DNA from: an uncultured Gemmatimonadaceae bacterium
GTDB lineage: Bacteria > Gemmatimonadota > Gemmatimonadetes > Gemmatimonadales > Gemmatimonadaceae
Length of the DNA: 64,000 nt
Assembly: GCA_964560345.1 (NCBI GenBank)
Contig: CAZLLP010000005.1
Span: forward strand, 47,071-111,070
Direction of reading: 5' to 3'
The translations under genes were made by a program, and so were the position numbers. A model generated the notes under the pieces. The model worked only from the letters and a program-made list of their open reading frames with translations. It made no database searches and was not told the DNA's origin. Within the stretch, counting starts at the first letter, position 1, and each line of letters begins with the position of its first letter. This document shows, in pieces, positions 1 through 12,269 of this stretch.

Positions 1-1
1 C

Positions 2-667
2 GAGATGGAAGGGGAGCTGGACAAGATCGAGGATGGGTCGCTCGAGTGGCGACGCGTACTCAAGGACTTCTGGAGCCCGTTCGAGGAGTCGCTCACCGAT
101 GTCGACATCTCGGCGCTCATCGGCGAGGCACACGACCTGTCGGCGCTGGCCACCGAGAAGTGTCCCAAGTGCGGCGGGAAGCTCATGCCCAAGGGTGGCT
201 TCTTCGGGCCGTTTGTGGCCTGCGAGAATCATCCCAAGACGTGTGACTACACGCGCCCCGTCTCTGGGGAGCGCAAGCCGGCGCAGCTCACCGACTACAA
301 GTGCCACGAATGCGGCGCGCCGATGGTGGTGCGCCACGGTCGCACCGGCGACTTCCTGGGGTGCTCCAAGTTCCCCAAGTGCCGCGGCACGCGCTCGATG
401 CCCACCGGGGTGCGCTGCCCCAAGGACAACGGCGAGATCGCCCAGCGCCGCAGCAAGGCGCGCGGGAAGACCTTCTTCGGCTGCGAGAACTACCCCAACT
501 GCGACTTTGTCGTGTGGGACAAGCCGGTCGCCGAGACCTGCCCGGAGTGCGGCTACGTGGGCGCCGAGGCCAAGTCGAACAAGACGCGCGGCGAGTACCG
601 CCGCTGCCTCAAGTGCCAGAACGAGTGGGACGCGGTGAAGCCGGAGGAAGAGGTCGCGCTGGTCTAG
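2..667 (+). CDS. topA: DNA topoisomerase I, C-terminal zinc-ribbon region (5' end lies outside the window)
   Basis: ORF is open to the left edge. It carries tandem Cys4 zinc-ribbon modules (CPKCGG..C..C, CHECGA..C..C, CPKDNG..C..C, CPECG..CLKC), typical of the C-terminus of bacterial type IA topoisomerase I. It sits in a topA-trmFO-xerC-hslVU arrangement. Confidence 0.85.
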   Translation, partial: EMEGELDKIEDGSLEWRRVLKDFWSPFEESLTDVDISALIGEAHDLSALATEKCPKCGGKLMPKGGFFGPFVACENHPKTCDYTRPVSGERKPAQLTDYKCHECGAPMVVRHGRTGDFLGCSKFPKCRGTRSMPTGVRCPKDNGEIAQRRSKARGKTFFGCENYPNCDFVVWDKPVAETCPECGYVGAEAKSNKTRGEYRRCLKCQNEWDAVKPEEEVALV

Positions 668-680
668 GCGAGGGGCGCGA

Positions 681-789
681 GAAGACGGGAAGACGGGAAG
701 ACGAGAAGACGAGTTGGCCGTACCCGGCGCCGAGTCCGGCGCCCGAGGGTCGGTATCCCGTCTTCTCGTCTTCCCGTCTTCTCGTCTTC
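681..789. repeat. ~110-nt hairpin element: 4 x GAAGACGG octamers / 45-nt core / 4 x CCGTCTTC octamers
   Basis: The left arm at 681-712 and the right arm at 758-789 are near-perfect complements (32 bp allowing G.U). The core contains GAGTCCGGCGCCCGAGGGTCGGTATC. Located between the topA stop and the trmFO start. Confidence 0.85.
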
Positions 790-795
790 TAGATT
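790..795 (+). promoter_or_regulatory. -10-like TAGATT box 6 nt upstream of the trmFO start codon
   Basis: TAGATT at 790-795 abuts the right arm of the hairpin element, followed by GCACGC and then the ATG at 802. There is no Shine-Dalgarno. Confidence 0.35.
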
Positions 796-801
796 GCACG
801 C

Positions 802-2166
802 ATGAAGAAGTCCGAAAGCGCGATCCACGTCGTCGGGGGCGGCCTGGCCGGGAGCGAAGCCGCCTGGCAGTTGGCGGAGCGCGGCCACGACGTGGTGCTG
901 CACGAGATGCGGCCGGTGCGCGGGACCGAGGCGCACAAGACCGATCGCCTGGCCGAACTGGTCTGCTCCAACACGTTCAAGAGCACCGAACTGTCCAACG
1001 CGCACGGGCTGCTCAAGGCCGAGATGCGGGCGCTGGGGTCGATCATCCTCGTCGCCGCCGACGAAGCGCGCGTCGCCGCGGGTTCGGCGCTCGCCGTCGA
1101 TCGCGACGTCTTTTCGGCTGGGGTGCACGAGCGGCTGCACGCACACCCGCGCGTGACGGTCGTGCGCGAAGAGGTGACCGCGCTGCCGTCGCCCGGGATC
1201 ATCGCCACCGGGCCGTTGACCTCCGACGCGCTCGCCGAGTCGATCCGTGCGCGCCTGGGAGGCGATGCGCTGGCGTTCTACGATGCGATCGCGCCGATCA
1301 TCGCCATCGACTCGATCGACTTGGGCGTAGCCTTTCGCGCCTCACGCTACGACAAGGAGACGATGGAGGGGGCCGACGAGGCGGGGGCGTACCTCAACTG
1401 CCCGTTCAACCGCGTCGAGTACGAGGCGTTCATCGATGCGTTAGGCGCGGCCGACCAGTTCCACGGGCACGACTTCGACCAGGCGCCCTATTTCGAGGGA
1501 TGCATGCCGGCGGAGGAGATGGTCAAGCGCGGTCGCGACACGCTGCGCTTTGGCCCCATGAAGCCGGTCGGGCTTACCGATCCGCGCACCGGGCGCCGCC
1601 CGTGGGCGGTGTTGCAGCTGCGGCGCGAGGATCGCGCCGGGCAGATGTGGAACATGGTGGGCTTCCAGACCCGCCTCCGCATCCCCGAGCAGCAGCGCGT
1701 CTTTCGCATGGTGCCGGGGCTGGCCGAGGCGGAGTTCCTGCGCTACGGGTCGATCCATCGCAATTCGTACCTCAACACGCCGGCGTCGCTCACGCCGCAC
1801 CTGTCGCTCAAGGACGATCCGCAGGTGCTGTTTGCCGGCCAACTGACGGGAGTCGAGGGATACACCGAGAGCTCCGCCACCGGGTTGATGGCGGGGATCA
1901 ACCTGTCGCGCATGCTGCGCGGCGAGGCGCCGGTGGTCCCGCCGCCGCTCACGATGCTGGGGGCGCTCTATCGCTACCTGCGCGAGGCCGACCCGCGCCA
2001 CTTCCAGCCGATGAACGCCAACTTCGGATTGCTGGAGGAGCTCCCTGATCCGCCGCGCGACAAGCGCCTCAAGAAGGAGCGGCTGTCGGAGCGCGCGTTA
2101 GGCGCGCTGGCGGCGTGGATGGCCGAGGCCGGGATCGGACCGGTGGAGGCGGGACGTGAGCGCTGA
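802..2166 (+). CDS. trmFO: methylenetetrahydrofolate--tRNA-(uracil-5-)-methyltransferase TrmFO (Gid)
   Basis: 454-aa ORF with an N-terminal FAD Rossmann motif (VVGGGLAGSEAAWQLA). Length and the GidA-related pattern (CSNTFK, GQLTGVEGYTESSATGL) match TrmFO. Confidence 0.9.
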   Translation: MKKSESAIHVVGGGLAGSEAAWQLAERGHDVVLHEMRPVRGTEAHKTDRLAELVCSNTFKSTELSNAHGLLKAEMRALGSIILVAADEARVAAGSALAVDRDVFSAGVHERLHAHPRVTVVREEVTALPSPGIIATGPLTSDALAESIRARLGGDALAFYDAIAPIIAIDSIDLGVAFRASRYDKETMEGADEAGAYLNCPFNRVEYEAFIDALGAADQFHGHDFDQAPYFEGCMPAEEMVKRGRDTLRFGPMKPVGLTDPRTGRRPWAVLQLRREDRAGQMWNMVGFQTRLRIPEQQRVFRMVPGLAEAEFLRYGSIHRNSYLNTPASLTPHLSLKDDPQVLFAGQLTGVEGYTESSATGLMAGINLSRMLRGEAPVVPPPLTMLGALYRYLREADPRHFQPMNANFGLLEELPDPPRDKRLKKERLSERALGALAAWMAEAGIGPVEAGRER

Positions 2167-3103
2167 CGAACCAGTACTCACCCCGCGCCCCGTCGAGCTG
2201 AGCGACTTCCTGATCCACCTCGAGAAGGAACGCGACGTATCGCCGCACACCCTCAAGGCGTACGCCCGCGACCTCGACGCCTTCGTCACCTACCTCAGCC
2301 AGCAGCGTGGGATCGAGGCCTTCTCCTGGGACGGCGTCGACCGCCTGACCATGCGCGGGTACCTGGGATATCTCACCCGCAAGGGGCTCAGCAAGCGGTC
2401 GATCGCACGCGCGCTGTCGGCGCTGCGCACCTTTTATCGCTTTCTGCAGCGCGAGGAGATCGTCGACGCCAACCCGGCCCGCGCGGTTGGCTCTCCCAAG
2501 TTGGAGAAGTACCTCCCCGGCTACCTCGATCGCGCGCAGGTCGACCTCCTCTTCCAGGCCGCCGAGGCGCGGGCGTGGGAGGGCGAGTTCCCCGATGTGC
2601 GCAACTTCGCCATCCTCGAGCTGTTCTACTCCACCGGATTGCGGCTGTCGGAGCTGCGCGGCATCAGCACCGGCGACCTCGATCTCGTCTCGCAACAGGT
2701 CAAGGTGCGCGGCAAGGGGCGCAAGGAGCGCATCGTCCCCATTGGCGACCACGCCCAGCGCGCCCTGCGCAACTACGAATCCAAGCGCGACGAGCTGCTG
2801 CGGGTGGTTGGGGCGGGGGCCGACCGGCGCGCCTTCTTCCTCTCGCGCACCGGCAAGCGCATGAGCGCGCGCGGGATCCAGCTCGTGGTGACCAAGTTCC
2901 TCGACCAGGTGGACGAGGATGCGGGACTGTCCACGCACTCGCTCCGCCACACGTTTGCCACCCACCTCCTGGACGCCGGCGCCGACCTGCGCGCCGTCCA
3001 GGAGCTCCTCGGCCACGCCAGCATCTCGACCACGCAGATCTACACCCACACCAGCGTCGAGCGGCTCAAGCAGGTGTACGAGAAGTCCCATCCCCGAGCC
3101 TAA
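2156..3103 (+). CDS. xerC: tyrosine recombinase XerC/XerD family
   Basis: 315 aa with an N-terminal SAM-like core-binding domain. Catalytic signature is present: [38 protein letters not shown] start overlaps the trmFO 3' end by 11 nt. Confidence 0.9.
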   Translation: MSADEPVLTPRPVELSDFLIHLEKERDVSPHTLKAYARDLDAFVTYLSQQRGIEAFSWDGVDRLTMRGYLGYLTRKGLSKRSIARALSALRTFYRFLQREEIVDANPARAVGSPKLEKYLPGYLDRAQVDLLFQAAEARAWEGEFPDVRNFAILELFYSTGLRLSELRGISTGDLDLVSQQVKVRGKGRKERIVPIGDHAQRALRNYESKRDELLRVVGAGADRRAFFLSRTGKRMSARGIQLVVTKFLDQVDEDAGLSTHSLRHTFATHLLDAGADLRAVQELLGHASISTTQIYTHTSVERLKQVYEKSHPRA

Positions 3104-3107
3104 CGCC

Positions 3108-3659
<552 letters not shown>

Positions 3660-3693
3660 GAAGACGGATGCACGCGCGGCCTCCGGCCGCGCA

Positions 3694-3721
3694 CTCCCGT
3701 CTCCCGTCTCCCGTCTCCCGT
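3694..3721. repeat. 4 x CTCCCGT heptamer array (hslV-hslU spacer)
   Basis: Perfect tandem heptamers at 3694-3721. They are preceded by a GAGAAGACGGA half-arm (3658-3668) and a GC hairpin GCGCGGCC/GGCCGCGC (3674-3692). Confidence 0.8.
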
Positions 3722-3734
3722 CCCTCAGGAAGTC

Positions 3735-5201
3735 ATGAGTTCGAGAATTGAGCAAGCCCTCGCCCGCCTCGCCGACCTGACGCCGCGTCAGATCGTCGCC
3801 GAGCTCGATCGCTACATCGTGGGGCAGCACGACGCCAAGAAGGCCGTGGCCATCGCGCTGCGCAATCGCTGGCGTCGCCAGCGCGCCCCCGAGCCCATTC
3901 GCACCGAGATCTCGCCCAACAACATCATCCTCATCGGCCCCACCGGCGTGGGGAAGACCGAGATCGCTCGGCGCCTCGCGCGGCTGAGCGGTGCGCCGTT
4001 CGTGAAGGTCGAAGCGTCCAAGTTCACCGAGGTGGGCTACGTCGGGCGCGACGTCGAGGCGATGGTGCGCGACCTCGTGGAGAGCGCCATCGACATGGTG
4101 CGCACCGAGCGCGAAGGGGACGTCGAGGATCTGGCCAACGAACGCGTGGATGAACGCATCCTCGACCTGCTTCTCCCGGTGCCGGCCGACGCCAAGCCCG
4201 CCCCGGCCGCCGCGCCCACGGAAGGACGCGATGCGTCGACTGCCAGCAGCGTCTTTGTCGTCTCGTCGACGGGGACCGTGCAGCAGGAACGTGACGCCGA
4301 CGCCGCGCGCGAGCGCTACCAGCGCACGCGCGACAAGCTTCGTCAACTCCTCAAGGACGGTCAGCTCGAGGGGCGCGAGGTGGAGGTCGAGGTGGCGCAG
4401 CAGTCGTCCCCGATGCTCGACGTCATGACGCCGCAGGGGGCGCCCGAGGGGATGGAATCGTTCAGCGAGATGCTGAAGGACATGCTCCCCAAGCGCACCA
4501 AGAAGCGCCTGATGAAGGTCTCCGAGGCGCGCCGCATCCTGCTCGAGCAGGAACTCGACAAGCTGATCGACAAGGAAGACCTGGTCACCGACGCGCTCGA
4601 TCGCGTGGAGAAGATGGGGATCATCTTCCTCGACGAGATCGACAAGATCGCCGGTGCACGCGGCGAGTCGCACGGTCCCGACGTCTCGCGCGAAGGGGTG
4701 CAGCGCGACCTGCTGCCGATCGTTGAGGGATCCAACGTGCAGACGAAGTACGGGATGGTGAAGACCGACCATGTCCTGTTCATCGCCGCCGGCGCCTTCC
4801 ACGTGAGCAAGCCCAGCGACCTGATTCCCGAGTTGCAGGGACGCTTCCCGATTCGCGTCGAACTCAAGCCGCTCACCGAGGCCGACTTCGTGCGCATCAT
4901 GACCGAGCCGGAGAACGCCCTCACCAAGCAGTACGCCGCGCTGGTCGAGTCGGAGGGGGCGTCGCTCACCTTCACCGAGGATGGCGTCGCTGAGATTGCG
5001 CGTCTCGCGGCGCTGGCCAACGTGCGCATGGAGAACATCGGCGCCCGCCGGCTGCACACGGTGATGACGACCCTGCTCGAGGAGGTGCTCTTCACCCTCC
5101 CCGACCCGGCCACGAAGGCGGTTTCGGTCGATCGGGCGATGGTGCAGGGGCGCCTCAAGGGGGTGCTCGAGGACGAGGATCTGCGCAAGTACATCCTGTA
5201 G
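3735..5201 (+). CDS. hslU: ATP-dependent protease ATPase subunit HslU
   Basis: 488 aa. Walker A GPTGVGKTEIARRLA, Walker B IIFLDEIDKI, an I-domain insertion and a C-terminal ...EDEDLRKYIL. AGGAAG Shine-Dalgarno 3 nt upstream of the ATG. Confidence 0.95.
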   Translation: MSSRIEQALARLADLTPRQIVAELDRYIVGQHDAKKAVAIALRNRWRRQRAPEPIRTEISPNNIILIGPTGVGKTEIARRLARLSGAPFVKVEASKFTEVGYVGRDVEAMVRDLVESAIDMVRTEREGDVEDLANERVDERILDLLLPVPADAKPAPAAAPTEGRDASTASSVFVVSSTGTVQQERDADAARERYQRTRDKLRQLLKDGQLEGREVEVEVAQQSSPMLDVMTPQGAPEGMESFSEMLKDMLPKRTKKRLMKVSEARRILLEQELDKLIDKEDLVTDALDRVEKMGIIFLDEIDKIAGARGESHGPDVSREGVQRDLLPIVEGSNVQTKYGMVKTDHVLFIAAGAFHVSKPSDLIPELQGRFPIRVELKPLTEADFVRIMTEPENALTKQYAALVESEGASLTFTEDGVAEIARLAALANVRMENIGARRLHTVMTTLLEEVLFTLPDPATKAVSVDRAMVQGRLKGVLEDEDLRKYIL

Positions 5202-5252
5202 CCATGCGCGATCGCGCGCGGTCGCGCGCGTCGTGACCGACCGGCGCGAGCG

Positions 5253-7451
5253 TTAGGCGCGCGCGCCGAGCGGGTTGGGGGCGTCGAGCAGCTGGAACAG
5301 GCGCCCGATCGCCTCCTGATCGAGCGGCTTGGCCAGGTAGTCGTCCATCCCGGCACTCACGCAGCGCTCGCGGTCCTGCGCAAAGGCGTTGGCGGTCATC
5401 GCGACGATGCGGGTGCGGCGCCCGCCGGTCGCCTCCATCGCGCGGATCTGCGCGGTCGCCTCGAAGCCGTCCAGCTCTGGCATCATGCAGTCCATCAGGA
5501 TGACGTCGAACGACGCGGCGCGGCACGCCTCCACCGCCTCACGTCCGTTGCGCGCGTGCGTGACGTGATGCCCGGCGCGCTGCAACAGGTGCAACGCGAC
5601 CAGCGCATTCACCTCGTTGTCCTCGACGAGGAGCACTTCGCGCGGCGGCTGCACCAGCGCGGCCGTTGACGGCGTGAGGCTGCGCGCGCGCAGCTCGCGC
5701 CGCTCCTCGCTCACCCCGGCCTGGGCCTCGCGCCAGTCGAGCACCACGACCGGGATGGTGACCCGGAACGTGGTCCCGACGCCGAGCGTGCTCTCCACCT
5801 CGACCTCACCCCCCAGCAGGTGCACCAGTTGCTGCGTGATGGCCAGCCCGAGTCCCGTCCCGCCAAAGCGTCGCGTGGTCGACGTGTCACCCTGCGTGAA
5901 CTTCTCGAACACCTGCCCCAGGTGATCGGCGGCGATCCCGATCCCCGTGTCGGCGACCGTCACCCGCAACGCCGGCGCCTGCAACGTCCCCGCCGGTCCG
6001 AGCGACACGCGCACCGCGCCCACCGTCGTGAACTTGATGGCATTGCCCACCAGGTTGGTCACCACCTGGCGAATCCGGGTCACGTCGTTGTGCACGCGCC
6101 CCGGAATCCCCGCGTCGAGCCGCAAGGAGAGGGTGAGCCCCTTGGCGCGTGCGGACGCCTGGAACATCTCCACCAGCTCCGAGAGGGTCGGCGCTGGCGA
6201 GAAGGGGACCGGCTCCAACTCGATCTTGCCGGCCTCGATCTTGGACAGGTCGAGGATGTCGTTCAGGATCGACATCAGCGACTGCGCCGACGCCAGCGAC
6301 GTCTCGGCAAACTCGCGCTGATCGCGGCCGAGCGGCGTATCGAGCAGGAGGCTGAGCATCCCCATCACCCCGTTCATCGGCGTGCGGATCTCATGGCTCA
6401 TCGTCGCCAGGAAGTCGGACTTGGCGCGGCTCGCCGCCTCGGCGGCATCGCGGGCGCTGCGCAGCTCTTCCTCGGTGCGGCGGCGCCGGATCATCCCCGC
6501 CAGCGTACTCGCCGCGGCGGTGAGGAACTCGTCGTCATGCGCATCGCGCGCGCGGTCGCGCTCGAGGTGCACGACCAGCACGCCAATGGCGACGCCGTCC
6601 GACATCAGCGGGATCGCGTAGAACCCGGTCAACGTCCCGTGCGACTCACCGCACTCGTCAGGCGCCACGTACGGTGCAAACTGCATCGTGCCGCTGGCCA
6701 TCGCTCGGCGGCACCGGCAGGCGCGCTGGTCTTTCATGCTGCACGCGACCGTTCCCGCTCCGGTGTCGCCCGATGCCGCGTCCCCGCGATGCGCCACGCG
6801 TACCAGCGTGTCGTCGGGCGCTTCGCGCAGGTACACCGAAAGGCGTGACGAGGTAGCCAGCAGCGGCGCGGACGCCAGCGTTGCCAGCGCGCGCTGCAGC
6901 ATCTCCGTGAGCGACGCGTCCTCGAGCCCCACCTGCAACAGCGCGGTGAGGACGCGCTGGTTGGCAAAAGCGCGCTCGATGGCTTCGTGCGCGCGACGGC
7001 GGTCACTGATGTCGCTGTGCGACCCCGCCATGCGCACGGGGACGCCGGCGTCGTTGCGCAAGACCATCCCGCGCGCCACCACCCAGCGATACGAGCCGTC
7101 CTTGTGCCGCATGCGGAACTCGGGCTCGTAGACGGCCAGCTTGCCGTCGATCGCCGCTTGCACCTGCGCCAGCGTCCGGTCGATGTCATCCGGGTGAACG
7201 AGTGCCGTCCACGTGGAGAACTCGTTAGGAAGCTCGTCGTCATCAAAACCGCAAATGCGCTTCCACTGCGGTGAGAAGTAGACCGCGTTGGTACGCAGGT
7301 CCCAGTCCCAGATGCCATCGCGCGATCCCTGCACGGCAATCTGCCAGCGATCACGCCAATGCTCGGCGTCGCCCGACGGGTCGGGAACGTGCGACGGGGT
7401 GATCGCCGGAGCGACCGATCCTGCGATCGGTGGCGCGGAGGTATCAGGCAT
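5253..7451 (-). CDS. hybrid sensor histidine kinase (PAS-GAF-HisKA-HATPase-receiver)
   Basis: PAS (IWDWDL..YFSPQW..RHKDGSYRW), a GAF-like region, H-box SHEIRTPMNG, N/G boxes NLVGNAIKFT, DTGIGI, GGTGLGL, and a C-terminal receiver (LLVEDNEVN..DVILMDCMMPELDG..KP). Start taken at ATG 7451 (MPDTSAPP) and is uncertain. Confidence 0.85.
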   Translation of the reverse strand: MPDTSAPPIAGSVAPAITPSHVPDPSGDAEHWRDRWQIAVQGSRDGIWDWDLRTNAVYFSPQWKRICGFDDDELPNEFSTWTALVHPDDIDRTLAQVQAAIDGKLAVYEPEFRMRHKDGSYRWVVARGMVLRNDAGVPVRMAGSHSDISDRRRAHEAIERAFANQRVLTALLQVGLEDASLTEMLQRALATLASAPLLATSSRLSVYLREAPDDTLVRVAHRGDAASGDTGAGTVACSMKDQRACRCRRAMASGTMQFAPYVAPDECGESHGTLTGFYAIPLMSDGVAIGVLVVHLERDRARDAHDDEFLTAAASTLAGMIRRRRTEEELRSARDAAEAASRAKSDFLATMSHEIRTPMNGVMGMLSLLLDTPLGRDQREFAETSLASAQSLMSILNDILDLSKIEAGKIELEPVPFSPAPTLSELVEMFQASARAKGLTLSLRLDAGIPGRVHNDVTRIRQVVTNLVGNAIKFTTVGAVRVSLGPAGTLQAPALRVTVADTGIGIAADHLGQVFEKFTQGDTSTTRRFGGTGLGLAITQQLVHLLGGEVEVESTLGVGTTFRVTIPVVVLDWREAQAGVSEERRELRARSLTPSTAALVQPPREVLLVEDNEVNALVALHLLQRAGHHVTHARNGREAVEACRAASFDVILMDCMMPELDGFEATAQIRAMEATGGRRTRIVAMTANAFAQDRERCVSAGMDDYLAKPLDQEAIGRLFQLLDAPNPLGARA

Positions 7452-7749
7452 CAGGACAACGGGGACCACGAGTGACGGGAGACGGTGCGCACACACCGCT
7501 GCGACCGGCGCACGGCCACGTGCACGAGCGCGAGCCGTTCCGGCGGAGGACTGTCTGAGGCCTAGTCTCGACCCATCCACGCCGTGGGTTCAGTCTCGCG
7601 CCACGCGTCGCGCTCCCGACGTCTCGGGGTGCCGCCACCGCCGGGGCGTCCTTAGCTTTCGCCCCCTTCCCGGGGACACTTGCGCGCCATCGCGCCGTCC
7701 CTCTTCATCCCGACGGCATTCGCCGGGGCTCGCTTCCTCCCGTCTGAAG

Positions 7750-8661
7750 ATGACGCACCGCGACTTCCTCGCGATTCCAGACTTTTCCTCCGACGAGCTG
7801 CTCTCGCTCTTTGCGCTCGCCGAGTCGATGCGCAGCGGGCGGTATGATAAGAAACCGCTCATCGGGAAGTCGCTGGCGATGATCTTCATGAAATCGTCGA
7901 CGCGCACCCGTGTCTCGTTCGAGGTCGGAACGTGGCAGCTCGGCGGCGCGGCCTGGTTCCTCTCGCCCCGCGACGTGCAAATCGGGCGCGGCGAACCCAT
8001 CGGCGATACCGCCAAGGTCCTGTCGCGGTACGTCGACGGGATCATGATTCGCACCTTCTCGCACCAGGACGTGGAGGCGCTGGCGCACGATGCGTCGATC
8101 CCCGTCATCAACGGGCTCACCGACTACCTGCATCCGTGCCAGGTGTTGGCCGACGTGCTGACGATCCGTCAGCATCTCGGGACGCACGAGGGGCAGGTGG
8201 TGGCGTGGATCGGCGATGGGAACAACATGGCCAACTCGTGGATCAACGCCGCCTATCGCCTCGGCTTTGACCTGCGCCTCGCCTGTCCCGAAGGGTACGA
8301 CCCCGATCCCGCGCTACTGGCGCGGGCGCGCGAGAGCGGGCGCGTCGAACTGGTGCGCGATCCGCGTGAGGCGGTGCGCGGGGCCACGGTCGTCACCACG
8401 GACGTGTGGGCCTCGATGGGACAGGAGGAGGAACAGGCGGCGCGCGAGCGGGCCTTCGCCGGCTTCAGCGTCGACTCGGCGCTCATGTCGCGCGCCGAGC
8501 CTAACGCGATCTTCCTGCACTGCCTCCCGGCGCACCGGGGCGAGGAGGTGGCCGCCGATGTCATCGACGGACCGCAGAGCCGCGTCTGGGACGAAGCCGA
8601 GAACCGCCTGCACATCCAGAAGGCCATCATGGCCGTGCTGATGGGAGGCGAGGCGCTCTAG
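7750..8661 (+). CDS. argF: ornithine carbamoyltransferase
   Basis: ATG at 7750 inside track ORF 7288..8661. Carries the STRTRVSFE carbamoyl-phosphate motif plus HPCQ and HCLPAHRGEE motifs. About 303 aa. Confidence 0.9.
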   Translation: MTHRDFLAIPDFSSDELLSLFALAESMRSGRYDKKPLIGKSLAMIFMKSSTRTRVSFEVGTWQLGGAAWFLSPRDVQIGRGEPIGDTAKVLSRYVDGIMIRTFSHQDVEALAHDASIPVINGLTDYLHPCQVLADVLTIRQHLGTHEGQVVAWIGDGNNMANSWINAAYRLGFDLRLACPEGYDPDPALLARARESGRVELVRDPREAVRGATVVTTDVWASMGQEEEQAARERAFAGFSVDSALMSRAEPNAIFLHCLPAHRGEEVAADVIDGPQSRVWDEAENRLHIQKAIMAVLMGGEAL

Positions 8662-8752
8662 CGGTCTCGCCGGCACCAGCGGCGATAGGTCGCCTTCTGC
8701 CTTGTTCGCGGGCATATTTCACGGGTACGTCCCCTCACCATCCCACCTCGCC

Positions 8753-9865
8753 ATGTCCGACACGAGCCCCACCGCGCTCAAGCGCACCCCATTCCACGCG
8801 ATGCACGCGGCACTCGGCGCCAAGCTCGTCCCGTTTGCCGGGTACGAGATGCCGGTGCAGTATCCCGCCGGGATCACCGTGGAGCACAAGGCGGTGCGCG
8901 AGCACTGCGGGCTCTTCGACGTCTCGCACATGGGCGAGTTCCTGGTGCGCGGGCCGCAGGCGGTCGAGTTCGTGAACTACGTCACGACCAACAACGCCGC
9001 CTCGCTCGTGGTGGGGCAGGTGCAGTACTCGGGGATCCTGAACGAACGCGGGACCTTCGAGGATGACTGCCTCGTCTATCGCGAGGCCGACGGCATCCTG
9101 ATGGTCGTGAACGCGTCCAACAAGGACAAGGACTTCGCCCACATCTCGCAGCAGCTGGCGAAGTTCGATTGCACGCTCACCGACATCAGCGACGATATCG
9201 CGCTGCTGGCGCTGCAGGGGCCCGAGGCAAAGGACGTGCTGCAGCCGCTGACCGACGTCGATCTCTCGACCATCAAGTACTACCATTTCGCGATGGGGAG
9301 CGTCTGCGGCGTGGCCAACGTCTACGTCTCGCGCACCGGCTACACCGGCGAAGACGGCTTCGAGTTGTATTTCGCCCCGGCGCACGCTGCCACCATCTGG
9401 AACGCCCTGCTCGCCGACTCGCGCGTGACGCCGACCGGTCTGGGCTGCCGCGACTCGTTGCGGCTGGAGATGGGGATGGCGCTGTACGGCAACGACATCG
9501 ACGATACCGTCACCCCGCTCGAAGCGAATCTGGGGTGGATCACCAAACTCTCGAAGGGTGACTTTGTCGGGCGCGACGCGCTCGTCAGGCAGAAGGAGGC
9601 GGGGGTGCCGCGCAAGCTCGTCGGCTTCACCTTCGCCGAGCGCGCCATTCCGCGCCACGGCTATCCCGTCTTCTGCAATGGCGAGCCGTCGGGCGTGGTC
9701 TGCAGCGGGACGATGAGCCCCTCGGTCGGCATCCCGATCGGGACGTGCTATCTCCCTACCAAGTCGTCGGCTGAGGGGAGCACCTTCGAGGTCGAGATTC
9801 GCGGCAAGCGCGTGGCGGCGACCGTGGTCAAGCCGCCGTTCTACAAGCACGGCTCGCACCTCTAA
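8753..9865 (+). CDS. gcvT: glycine cleavage system aminomethyltransferase (T protein)
   Basis: ATG at 8753 (MSDTSPTALKRTPFH). GcvT pattern throughout: GYEMPVQY, LFDVSHMGEF, SRTGYTGEDGFE, RDSLRLE. Confidence 0.9.
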   Translation: MSDTSPTALKRTPFHAMHAALGAKLVPFAGYEMPVQYPAGITVEHKAVREHCGLFDVSHMGEFLVRGPQAVEFVNYVTTNNAASLVVGQVQYSGILNERGTFEDDCLVYREADGILMVVNASNKDKDFAHISQQLAKFDCTLTDISDDIALLALQGPEAKDVLQPLTDVDLSTIKYYHFAMGSVCGVANVYVSRTGYTGEDGFELYFAPAHAATIWNALLADSRVTPTGLGCRDSLRLEMGMALYGNDIDDTVTPLEANLGWITKLSKGDFVGRDALVRQKEAGVPRKLVGFTFAERAIPRHGYPVFCNGEPSGVVCSGTMSPSVGIPIGTCYLPTKSSAEGSTFEVEIRGKRVAATVVKPPFYKHGSHL

Positions 9866-9903
9866 GCATTGGCTGCCGCCGCGCTCACGCGTCCGTCCCG
9901 GGC

Positions 9904-10409
9904 ATGCGCATCGCCATCCTGACCATCTCCGACGCCGGTGCGCGCGGCCTGCGTGCCGACGCGTCGGGCGACGCGCTCGTCGCGTGGGCCGAGTCGTGCG
10001 GGGCGACGGTGACCGAGCGACACATCGTCCCCGACGAGAGTGTCGAGATCGTGCGCACCCTCGTGGGGTGGTGCGACGGCGATCGGGCTGACGTCATCCT
10101 CACCACCGGCGGCACCGGGCTGTCGCCACGCGACGTCACCCCCGAGGCCACGCGCGCCGTGATCGAGCGCGAGGCGCCGGGACTCGCCGAACGCCTGCGC
10201 GTGGTGGAGATCGAGCGCTTCCCGCGCGCGGCGCTCTCGCGCGGCATCGCCGGTACCCGGGCGCGCACGTTGGTCATCAACCTGCCGGGGTCGACCAGCG
10301 GCGTGCGTGATGGCGTCGCGGCGCTCGCGCCGGTGCTCGCGCACGCCGTCGCCATCGTGCGCGACGAGGCGACCGACCACTCGCCAGGCGCCATGGGGCG
10401 GGGAGGGGC

Positions 10410-10413
<4 letters not shown>
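9904..10413 (+). CDS. mogA: molybdenum cofactor biosynthesis protein, MogA/MoaB family
   Basis: 169 aa with the MoCF_biosynth fold signature (ILTISD, ILTTGGTGLSPRDVTPEA, PGS). The stop overlaps the next gene's start (ATGA at 10410-10413). Confidence 0.8.
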
Positions 10414-12074
<1,661 letters not shown>

Positions 12075-12269
12075 GGCCCGGTCGGACAGGGTGTGTAGGA
12101 TTTTCCTGTGCAAGGCGGCAGGAACTGTCCTTGATTAAGGAAAACCTCGGTTAGACATTAAGTCCCGCATGCCTCGCCTTGGCGAGGAACGATGGGTTGA
12201 CCGACCACCACTCGGCTGCCGCAAGGGAGCCGGGAGAGCCGACGGGGCGCAGGCGTCCCGCGTTGGAGG

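Noticed and set aside
8662-8752. A glycine riboswitch upstream of gcvT.
   Set aside because: The spacer is only about 90 nt, and I could not find the conserved GGAGAG...CACCG / CTCTGGAGAG-type aptamer cores. An Infernal scan would be decisive.
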